Shown piece by piece: positions 19,028-27,900 of a DNA stretch of 64,000 nucleotides. The DNA is from an uncultured bacterium (lineage in GTDB: Bacteria > Babelota > Babeliae > Babelales > Babelaceae), in assembly GCA_963699715.1 (NCBI GenBank), contig CAVOUX010000004.1, positions 174,346 to 238,345 on the forward strand. Reading direction: 5' to 3'. The notes under the pieces are model-generated. The model searched no databases and had not been told where the DNA came from. It saw only the letters and a program-made list of their open reading frames with translations. Within the stretch, counting starts at the first letter, position 1. Each line of letters starts with the position of its first letter. The position numbers and the translations under genes are program-made.

Positions 19028-20533
19028 ATGCTTAAACGCCATGTCATTGTTCTTTTACTCCTTATTCCACTCAGTATACTTGGCTTCTTTTGGCTCTTCA
19101 AACGGTATTTACCACATCAAATTATCGACATTAAAAATATATCCGCATCAAAAAATTTAGTTCCTGTAGCAATTATAGGTTCAGGTCCAGCTGGTTTAAG
19201 TGCAGCATTATATGCGGCGCGTATGAATTATTATACGGTAGTGTTCAAAGGAAGCATGCCTGGTGGCCAGCTAACGCAAACGACCTATGTTGAAAATTGG
19301 CCTGGTGTGGGCACTATGCTCGGTCCTGATATTATGAAAAAATTAGAAAGACAAGCACTCAACTTTGGCGTACAGTTTGTTCCTGAAGGTATTGAAAAAG
19401 CAGATCTAACGACTTGGCCTTACCGGTTATGGACCGAGGATGGCAACGAAGTAAAAGCGCTTTCGATTATTATCTCAACCGGATCGAAACCAAAGCGTTT
19501 GAACATTGAAGGCGAGACAAAATTTTGGGGCAAAGGCGTCACCACATGCGCTGTGTGCGATGCACCGTTTTATAAAGATAAGAATGTTGTTGTAGTAGGG
19601 GGTGGGGATTCTGCCGCGGAAGAAGCTATGGAACTTGCAGCAGTGGCAAAGTCGGTCGTCATGCTCGTTCGAGGTAAAGCATTGCGTGCATCGGCTATTA
19701 TGCAAGACCGAATTAAAGGATATCCTAATATAGCTGTTCGCTATGATACGCAAGTCAAAGAGATTCTTGGCGATGAACATGTTACAGGAGTTCTTTTATC
19801 CGATGGTGCTCGCCTGGCCATTGATGGCGTATTTTTAGCCATTGGCCATATACCTAACACTGAGATCTTTAAACCATTTATCACCTGCGATGAGCAAGGG
19901 TATATTCAACTTAAACACCCCTTGCAACATACATCTAAAGAGGGAATCTTTGCAGCGGGAGATGTGGCAGACTATCGTTATCGTCAAGCAGGAATCGCAT
20001 CGGGAGATGGCATTAAAGCTGCCCTTGATGCTGCAGGGTTTTTACGTGATCTTGGGTTTAATGAAGTGGTTGCTAAGCAATGGGAGCATGAGTACTTTGA
20101 TACAGAGAAAGACCTCGCCCGAGCACACCTTCAATCATTAGAGACCGCAGAACAATTTGAAAAACTCGCCAAAACAGAAAAATTGCCTTTGGTTCTTGAT
20201 TTTTATGCGCCCTATTGTCCTTCTTGCATGCAAATGATTCCAGTTGTCGAGTCTGTTGCTTCAAAACTGGCAGACAAATTTGTATTCGTAAAAGTTGATA
20301 CCAGCAAATCTGATGCGTTAGCAAAACGATTTCATGTTACCATGATACCGATGATCATCGTAATTAAAGATGGCAAGCTCATTAGTCGAACAAGTGAAGT
20401 TATGAATAAAAGACAGTTAACACAATTCTTGCAAAAAAGTGATTCTCTTCCAACACAGAAAATTGCAAAAAACCTTGTGAAAAAAATGGTGGCACCTCTT
20501 GAAGTATTAGTACCAAAAAAGAAAGCTGTCTAA
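19028..20533 (+). CDS. trxB: Thioredoxin reductase fused to a C-terminal thioredoxin-like domain, with an N-terminal membrane anchor
   Basis: FAD site GSGPAGLSAALYAAR. Redox-active CAVCD. NADPH site VVVGGGDSAAEEA. C-terminal thioredoxin fold with CPSC (FYAPYCPSCMQM). N-terminal TM MLKRHVIVLLLLIPLSILGFFWLF. Confidence 0.85.
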   Translation: MLKRHVIVLLLLIPLSILGFFWLFKRYLPHQIIDIKNISASKNLVPVAIIGSGPAGLSAALYAARMNYYTVVFKGSMPGGQLTQTTYVENWPGVGTMLGPDIMKKLERQALNFGVQFVPEGIEKADLTTWPYRLWTEDGNEVKALSIIISTGSKPKRLNIEGETKFWGKGVTTCAVCDAPFYKDKNVVVVGGGDSAAEEAMELAAVAKSVVMLVRGKALRASAIMQDRIKGYPNIAVRYDTQVKEILGDEHVTGVLLSDGARLAIDGVFLAIGHIPNTEIFKPFITCDEQGYIQLKHPLQHTSKEGIFAAGDVADYRYRQAGIASGDGIKAALDAAGFLRDLGFNEVVAKQWEHEYFDTEKDLARAHLQSLETAEQFEKLAKTEKLPLVLDFYAPYCPSCMQMIPVVESVASKLADKFVFVKVDTSKSDALAKRFHVTMIPMIIVIKDGKLISRTSEVMNKRQLTQFLQKSDSLPTQKIAKNLVKKMVAPLEVLVPKKKAV

Positions 20534-20538
20534 AACAA

Positions 20539-21852
20539 TTATTGATTTTTCGTGTCAAAATAATTTTGAATCAGATTTTTGGTAGCCCCTTTGGCAACCG
20601 CAAGCGCATCATTTCCCGCATTATTCTTTATGGTTGGGTCAATGCTATCAATCTCAGCAAATTGCTCGGCACTGTAGGTATAACAAATCGATCCTTTTAG
20701 TTGTGCAGGATCAAAAAGCCTTGGTGCTTGCTGCACATGATATTGACCTTGCACCTCCAAGAGATAGCTAACAACCTCATCATTACCAGCTTGGGCTGCA
20801 AGGATAAGAGGAGTGTTTCCTTCGCTATCTTTGGTATTCACTGAAACTCCCTGATTTACAAGCTGTTCAACAGCCTTTTTTCCGTTCTTAAAAGTTGCCG
20901 CTTGCAAAATCTCACTCGACAAATCGGGTACTTTTGCCCCAGCACTCAAGAGAAGTTGAACCATCACATTTGAGCATGCATGATTTTTTCCCGATAATTC
21001 AGCGTTTTGGGCGAGAGCTAAAGCCGTTTTTCCTGTTTTCTCAGGAATATCAAGATTAATACTTTGTTCTTTAACAAGGCTTGGAATAACACCTATATTG
21101 TTCGTTTTTATTGCTTTTATGAGAGGAGTATCACCATCACGATCTTGAGTATTAACATTTGGGTGTTTTGCCATTATTTTTTCACCAAGACCATTCCATT
21201 CCCATGATTGTCCCGAAACAGCAAGATGCAATGGTGTCTCAGCATTATTATTGGGTATGTCAATTGATGAATTATCATGGTCAAGAAGCAACGATGCTGC
21301 ATTCGCCCACTTGACCAGATCGGTCACTTTATCCCCATCATTAATTTTTTTTAACAATATCATCAGTGCGGTATTGCCATTAGCATCCAGAGCTGTCGTG
21401 TTGACATTATATTTAGTTGCAAGCATCATTCTAAAAATTTTAAAGGGCTCACTACTCTGGGCAGCTTTAACGAGCGGAGGATTTCCATCCTTGTCAACGG
21501 CATTACTATCTGCGCCAGCCTCTAAAAGAACGGGGATGATAGCTAATGACGGATTACCACCAATACCATTCAAAGCGACATTGAGTGTTGTATTTCCCTC
21601 CGCATCTTTACTCATGACATCAGCACCAGCTTTCAACGCCGCGATCAGTTGAGCTTTATCATTGCTTTTAATTGCAGCAAAAAGGACATCATTGGCAGCA
21701 GCAGGAGACGGCAATGCCGCCCCTTTTACCGGCGATTGTTGTGATTGCACTGGCTTTGACATTATCGTAGGCACATTAGTCAGGTTAGTGATAACTTGCG
21801 AATGCAACGAGCTTATGGAAAGACAGAGCACAGAAAATCTTGATAGTCTCAT
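20539..21852 (-). CDS. Ankyrin-repeat protein with signal peptide
   Basis: At least 8 ANK-like repeats (e.g. DKDGNPPLVKAAQ, DRDGDTPLIKAIK, DSEGNTPLILAAQAGN). N-terminal hydrophobic leader. Confidence 0.8.
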   Translation of the reverse strand: MRLSRFSVLCLSISSLHSQVITNLTNVPTIMSKPVQSQQSPVKGAALPSPAAANDVLFAAIKSNDKAQLIAALKAGADVMSKDAEGNTTLNVALNGIGGNPSLAIIPVLLEAGADSNAVDKDGNPPLVKAAQSSEPFKIFRMMLATKYNVNTTALDANGNTALMILLKKINDGDKVTDLVKWANAASLLLDHDNSSIDIPNNNAETPLHLAVSGQSWEWNGLGEKIMAKHPNVNTQDRDGDTPLIKAIKTNNIGVIPSLVKEQSINLDIPEKTGKTALALAQNAELSGKNHACSNVMVQLLLSAGAKVPDLSSEILQAATFKNGKKAVEQLVNQGVSVNTKDSEGNTPLILAAQAGNDEVVSYLLEVQGQYHVQQAPRLFDPAQLKGSICYTYSAEQFAEIDSIDPTIKNNAGNDALAVAKGATKNLIQNYFDTKNQ

Positions 21853-21957
21853 GGCGTATATTCCTATTTCTGCTTATACAGCTAGAATACCAGATCTTTA
21901 ATCCAATTTGCAATGCAAACAAAGCTCATCTTCCGAATAAAGATAAATAAAGCATAT

Positions 21958-23080
21958 AGACATCACATCTAATTTTGAGACTTAAAACCTAACAAAGAAT
22001 ACTCAAAAAAAGTGTTATTTAAAAATTCGGCAAACTCATTGGAGACCTGCTTGATATTATCGATAAAACGATTATGTGAAACATGTTTGCGAGCGGCTTT
22101 CCAAACTTTTTCTTGGGGATTTTCATCAGGGGCGTAGGGTGGAAAGTGGACCACATTGATGTTTTTATCTTGATCTAAAAATTCTTGAACGGCTGAGCCT
22201 CGATGCCACCCCGCATTATCCCAAAGCAAAAGCAGTTTGCGTTTCGGATATCGGCTTCTAAGCTGTGTTAACACCTCAACCGAGATGTACATGTTCTGTT
22301 TTTCTGCGATGAAAGCATGTTCGCGACCAGTTTTTATATTTAAAAATCCATAAAATGATCGATTTTCTCGTTTGCTTGTAACCTCTATTTTGGGATATTC
22401 ATTAGCAGGTAGCCAAATCTTTTGAAATGTTGTGACTGAGGAAAGAATCATCTCGTCAGCAGCGAAAATCTCGACTTTATCGTCTTTCCAAGCATTTTCA
22501 ATTATAGGCATAACATCCGCTTTCCATTTTTGAACTTGTTGCTCATCGCGTTTTCGATAAACCTTTCCAGGTTTGTGAAATGTAAAACGTGCTTCTTTAA
22601 AAATAAGATATATTGAGGTTTTTGACTTGTATTTTACGCCATATTGCTCACGGATAAAGTGTCCCAGCGACCACGTTGTCCAATAATCTTCTTCAAAACC
22701 AAAATCTCGAGGCCTATTATTTTTGAGTGCTTCGAGAACCTGCGCTCTCTCGCCTTTAGTCAATAACGCCCGTGGTTTCTTCTTGTTCTTGTCTCTGATG
22801 CCTTCTATTCCTTTTTTCAAGAATTTATTACGCAATCCAAATACTGTGCTTCTCTTGAATTCGGTGAGGTCTTCTATAAGTTCTAAATCGAGTTTCTTAT
22901 TAAGCATTAAAATCGCCTGAGTACGCAACGATTCCTTCGAATTAGTCTCTTTGTTTTTTGAAAATTCTTTGAGTTCTTCGATTTGCTTTTGTGTTAAAGA
23001 TATCTGTTTTGGCATTTTACTCTCTCACTTTTTGCCAAACAGTTTACCGTTTTTAATCTATTTTTAAAGTGTGATGTCTA
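21958..23080 (-). mobile_element. IS630-family element, copy 1. TIR tagacatcac... with flanking TA.
   Basis: Ends tagacatcacatc (21958-) and gtgatgtcta (-23080), each flanked by TA. 99-100% identical to the copy at 60081-61207 in inverted orientation. Confidence 0.85.
21969..23015 (-). CDS. IS630-family transposase (DDE)
   Basis: 348 aa. N-terminal HTH, then a DDE domain (WDNAGWH...PPYAPDENPQEKVW). Differs from copy 2 by one residue (A vs T in NEFAEFL). Confidence 0.9.
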   Translation of the reverse strand: MPKQISLTQKQIEELKEFSKNKETNSKESLRTQAILMLNKKLDLELIEDLTEFKRSTVFGLRNKFLKKGIEGIRDKNKKKPRALLTKGERAQVLEALKNNRPRDFGFEEDYWTTWSLGHFIREQYGVKYKSKTSIYLIFKEARFTFHKPGKVYRKRDEQQVQKWKADVMPIIENAWKDDKVEIFAADEMILSSVTTFQKIWLPANEYPKIEVTSKRENRSFYGFLNIKTGREHAFIAEKQNMYISVEVLTQLRSRYPKRKLLLLWDNAGWHRGSAVQEFLDQDKNINVVHFPPYAPDENPQEKVWKAARKHVSHNRFIDNIKQVSNEFAEFLNNTFFEYSLLGFKSQN

Positions 23081-23212
23081 TAGTTGTATCGATAAACGCT
23101 CTGCTCAGCACCTTGGATCATTTCTTTTATTAAATTATTCAGTTCTGCAATAATTTAATGTATAATATAACCATGAATAATAATTTGTATTTGGGTGCTG
23201 GGGGTAAAGGAC

Positions 23213-23785
23213 ATGAAATTTCACTGCATTATCATCTGCATACTGTTCATGGGCTGCTTAATAAGTAGTCAGCATACTGTTGCACGTGATCAGCTTCTGG
23301 TGCACTTGAGGCATCCCTCAGTCCGAGCCTTTCTTGACACAATTGCCTATGCGGAGGGCACACTCCACGAGAATGGTTATCGAACCATATTTGGTCATAT
23401 TCTTTTTAAAAAATATACGTGGCATCCTCGATTAATTGTCTGTGCCAATTATAACAACAAGCAATTGTGCTCTAGCGCAGCGGGCAAATATCAATTTTCT
23501 CAAAAGATCTGGACAAAAGTTGCCGGCATTATTAAGGCAAAGGATTTTTCTCCTCTTAACCAGGAACGCGCAGCCGTTTATCTTTTAATTGATGCAGGCG
23601 CACTTTGTCACGTAAAAAGTGGAGATATCGATTTAGCGTTTGAAAAAGTTAACACGATATGGGCAAGCTTGCCTGGTTCGCCACACAAGCAACCGACAAA
23701 ACATAAACGGGTGTTGCATCAGGTATTTAAACAACAACTGCATTTTCATTGGAAGAAGGGATTTAGGGGAGGGATTGCGGTATGA
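23213..23785 (+). CDS. Phage-lambda-R-type lytic transglycosylase (GH104 'lysozyme'), with N-terminal signal/anchor
   Basis: AFLDTIAYAEGT (lambda R AFLDMLAWSEGT), AGKYQF and GDIDLAFEKVNTIWASLPGS align with lambda R. The hydrophobic N-terminus is MKFHCIIICILFMGCLISS. Confidence 0.8.
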   Translation: MKFHCIIICILFMGCLISSQHTVARDQLLVHLRHPSVRAFLDTIAYAEGTLHENGYRTIFGHILFKKYTWHPRLIVCANYNNKQLCSSAAGKYQFSQKIWTKVAGIIKAKDFSPLNQERAAVYLLIDAGALCHVKSGDIDLAFEKVNTIWASLPGSPHKQPTKHKRVLHQVFKQQLHFHWKKGFRGGIAV

Positions 23786-24861
23786 AGTTAAGTACAATGT
23801 TGATAGTAATCACGGCTCTCATCATAATGGGATTTTGGTTTGTTTTTAAAGTTTCTATGCAACTTTCTGATGTACCACCCGTCTACTCAGGCCCCATTGA
23901 ACGGTATGCCCCCAAGATTAATCGCAAAAAACGGTACCTCCAGGGCAAGGATGAGGTTATCACTTTTTTTGCAAAAGAAAACGAACATTCAGACAAAATG
24001 ATCGCTCGACGAGCATTTCTTACTCGAAGACCAGGAGCTAAAACAACGGTGTTAGTCTTTCACGGATTTATGTGCAACAAAAATGATATTCGCTTTTTAA
24101 GCAATACGCTTTTTGGAGGCACCTTCGACAACGTACCTTGCAATACGCTCACCATAGATTTTAGAGCACACGGTGATATTGCAGAAGGCCAATGTTGCTC
24201 CTTCGGTCACAATGAAAAATTTGATGTCAAAGGTGCCGTTGAATTTGTAAAATCTGACCCAGAACTTAAAAAAACGAGGAGAGTTGCCTATGGTTTTTCC
24301 ATGGGAGCAGTGTCATCAATCGTGGCACAGTCAGAAGATCCAACACTCTTTGAAATGGCAATCTGGGACTGTCCCTTTGAATCAACAACTAATATTATTG
24401 GACGGGCCATTGAACGGTTAAAATTTTCATTCTTCGGGTATGATCTCGGCCTTCCAGGTCGCGCTCTTTTGCACAAATATGCCTATAACGCCTACGTCCA
24501 ATCATTCTTAAAAACCGCATTAAAAACAATAGCCAAAGTTGACGTACATCAAGTTGAAACCTGTATCATGCCGGTAGACACTATTGCTGCCATGCAAAAA
24601 ATCTCGATCCCTCTGATGCTCATTATCTGCAGAAACGACGAAAAAGTTCCCGTATCTGCAGTCAAACAACTCTACGATGCCGCTAAGGGTTACAAACGCA
24701 TGTGGATCACCAACGGCCGCGTACACTTTGATTCCTATTTTAATAACCCAGAGAAATATATCTACAAAGTGCGACGTTTTATTCAAAAGGTCATAGACGG
24801 CACAATAAAGTATCGTCCTCAAGCCCATATAAGTGAAGATGAGCCTGACGAGATAGCCTAA
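23782..24861 (+). CDS. Alpha/beta-hydrolase-fold protein (serine hydrolase) with N-terminal TM helix
   Basis: GxSxG nucleophile elbow GFSMGA. N-terminal TM MLIVITALIIMGFWFVF. ATGA start/stop overlap with the upstream lysozyme gene. Confidence 0.65.
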   Translation: MKLSTMLIVITALIIMGFWFVFKVSMQLSDVPPVYSGPIERYAPKINRKKRYLQGKDEVITFFAKENEHSDKMIARRAFLTRRPGAKTTVLVFHGFMCNKNDIRFLSNTLFGGTFDNVPCNTLTIDFRAHGDIAEGQCCSFGHNEKFDVKGAVEFVKSDPELKKTRRVAYGFSMGAVSSIVAQSEDPTLFEMAIWDCPFESTTNIIGRAIERLKFSFFGYDLGLPGRALLHKYAYNAYVQSFLKTALKTIAKVDVHQVETCIMPVDTIAAMQKISIPLMLIICRNDEKVPVSAVKQLYDAAKGYKRMWITNGRVHFDSYFNNPEKYIYKVRRFIQKVIDGTIKYRPQAHISEDEPDEIA

Positions 24862-24944
24862 TCATTGATTTTTCAAACTGAAATATAGTATTGTAAAAGT
24901 AACTGTATCAGTGCTTTTGCAAAAAAAATCAAAAGGAGACTGGA

Positions 24945-27900
24945 ATGAAGCTCAGTCACTCAAAAATCGTCCTCATCGGTATACTATTATTTTTCGGTCA
25001 ATCTTGTTTAGGGATGGAAGCTTTAGAAACCGGTCTTGCTGATGGTATTTCAAAAGGACTTGGCGAAGGCGCTAGCTCAGCTATCGGAGAAATTACAAGC
25101 AATATAACAGGTGACATAACCAAAAGTCTACCCGATGCATTAGGAGAAAATGCAAGCTTACTTGCTGAACTTCCCGGCTCCGCGCTCGATGATATTACTG
25201 AGCTTGGAGGAGAATTTGGAAGCAAGATTGCTGATACCTTTGAAGCTTTGCGTGATGAAACCATAACCACCGATGCTGCAAAAACAACCATAAATGAAGC
25301 CGCAGAGACCATGGCAGCAGATCTTTCTAAAACTCTTTCTGACGCAGCAGGAAAAGATATCCCCGTTGATGCAACAAAATTACAAGCCGGGTTGGAAAAT
25401 GAAGTCGACCAATTGGAATCGAGTGCAACCCAACTTAATGAACTAGCTGAATCAAATGCATTGAGCGAAGTTGCTGACACTGGTCGTGATGTTGAGATGT
25501 CCGCTGCAGCAGAAAATCCATCTCCTGAAGTAAAAAATGCAAGCGACGCAACTGATATAGCCACAACTAAAGAAATGAATGCTGATGCTTTAGAAAAGAA
25601 GGGTGAGAGCGTAACGACAGAAACCCCCCAAAGTTTTTGGGAAGGCGGCTGGGGAAAATTTATTAAAGAATCATTAGGAATGGGCCTTGTTTCCGGCTTT
25701 GTATTTTTATTCCCTAACTGGATCATGTCTGCAATTCAAGGAGCTTTAACAAAGAAGGCTCAGCTCATGTCAGTCAAAGCACCGCAGTATTTTGGTGGTA
25801 TGTGGCTTCAAATTCCCGACGAATTAATCAACGTCGACAATCCTCTTAACACCATACCCGTTTATAGTTTGGTTACTAACCCCGATATTAAGAGTTTCTA
25901 CGGAGATGTCACTTCGGCGTTTGGACAACCTGGAGGGCTTGGCCTCCACTACGGAACGGTCGATAATAATAACTACTTTGTTTCAAGTGGTAACTATGAC
26001 GATTGTCCTAATCCGAGTAGTTTAAATATATCATGGGGAGCATCAACAATTAATGGTTCAGGATTTGCCAGCCAAATGGTACATTTGAATTCAGGTTTGG
26101 AATTTTTAGCTGACGGCTCCCCACTAAATCCCCAATTGCCTTATCGTTTCCTTGCTGGTACTCCTTCATCACAAACCAGCACCTGTCCAGCGACAATCTA
26201 CAATTATTTATATTTTATCGGGCCTAAAATAGCTAATGGAACTCCATTTAACGAAATATCGGATATGTTTAACGGCACTGGCATGATGAACACCAGTGGC
26301 ACATTGGCGCGAGCACAAGGAGGAAATGCACCACCCGCCGGACAACAAAGTGGTAGTCAAGCACAATCAACAGTGCAAAAACTGCAAGCGCTTGGCAAAA
26401 AACTTTCTGATTCTAGCAAAAAAACAACACTTCTTGACTATAAATATGCTGATATAAACGAGCCCAAGGGTTCACAGATCTCAACATGGGATCGTATGTC
26501 AGCACCATTCAATGTTGGCTCCGCTAACGATCTTATTTTATCAACCGTTAAACAACCGACAACAAATTTGATAAACGCATTTGGTAATCTGTCCACTCCA
26601 TCGCCTGAGGATCTCCAGTATCCTCTCGCTGCACAGGGACTATATGTGTATCAAACGGCAAATACTCCTTTAGCAAAAACAGTGCGGGCAGTCCTCGCGT
26701 CACAAACAGGCAATTATGCCGCGGCAGCAAATGACTTTTACGATTATGTAGTAACGCTTAATACAAGTTCTAGCCCCGTACCTGGCCTTATCCCTCAGGT
26801 GAACGTCGCATCCAATGGCGCAAATGATTCAAAACCTGGATACGTTAGTTGGGTTGTAAACCCTGAAGTAAAATATCTTTATAGCCTTGTTGACCAAGCA
26901 GCCTATGATGTCACGACAGGATTAACAGCACAAATTACCTTCGATCCAAGCACTTTATCATCGAAAAATTCGGTGCTTAGTTTTGCGACATCACTTGGTG
27001 AGAGCGTTAAAGATCTTATAGCTAAAGGACCTTTCACCTATGGTAGCTATATCGTGACAATACCACCAGAACTACAAAATGCAGATAGATTGGCCTCGCC
27101 CGTGTATCTTATCGATCCCGCTAAAAATAATAATAAAACAACACTTGAAGGCGGTTACGCAGATTACGTCGTGCCTCTGAACGCAAGCCAATTGCCAGTC
27201 AAAATTCCAGATCCGGCTCACAAATATTGGGCAAGCTTAGTCTCATCCCGGATGTATAACAGTGATTTAACATTCGCTAATGGTACGGTAGGATTCAATA
27301 TTCTCTCCATACGAGGTGGCGTTTATATTGCTTTAGAAAGCGAACTGAGTAAATATAACGACCAATATCCAGGTGAAGTCAAAACTTGTCCCGGCGGAAG
27401 CCATGTTAATGGACCACTGAGTACTCTCTATATGGAATATGACCTCAATCCATTTAACAAAGACCTTGTTAAAACTATGGCAACGTTAACCCAAGCGATT
27501 GCCCAAAGCATTACTAATTCAAATGATCCGATTTATGGCGAACTGCCAAGCACGCAAAAATCGGCTATCGCCATTACCGCTGCATCAAGCTTTGTCACTT
27601 CATTACAAGCGGCAGGATTGCTTCAATGGTTGCCTAAATTAAGCAGTCTCACCACTGATCAAATGAACCAGATTGCCGCAGCATGTGCACCTGCAATCAC
27701 CAAAGCTCTTGCAAGTTCAAAAGTTACTTTAAGCAGCGCAAAGCCAAGTGATATTACCACTGCATTAAGCATAAGCAAGCCAGCAGTTGCAGGCACTACA
27801 ACAACGCAATCAGTATTTGCAGGGCTTGGCGCAACGGTGAAGAATTTCGTTCCATCAGATGCTGCTGCAGGAATTGAACAAGTATTTGATGCATTCCCAA

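Noticed and set aside
23213-23785. Prophage, suggested by the lambda-R-type lysozyme
   Set aside because: No terminase, capsid, tail, integrase or holin genes nearby. The neighbours are a hydrolase and a giant surface protein.
24998-25726. 242-aa antisense ORF within the giant gene
   Set aside because: It is antisense to the Ala/Glu-rich low-complexity region of the giant protein, and the codon periodicity follows the plus-strand gene.
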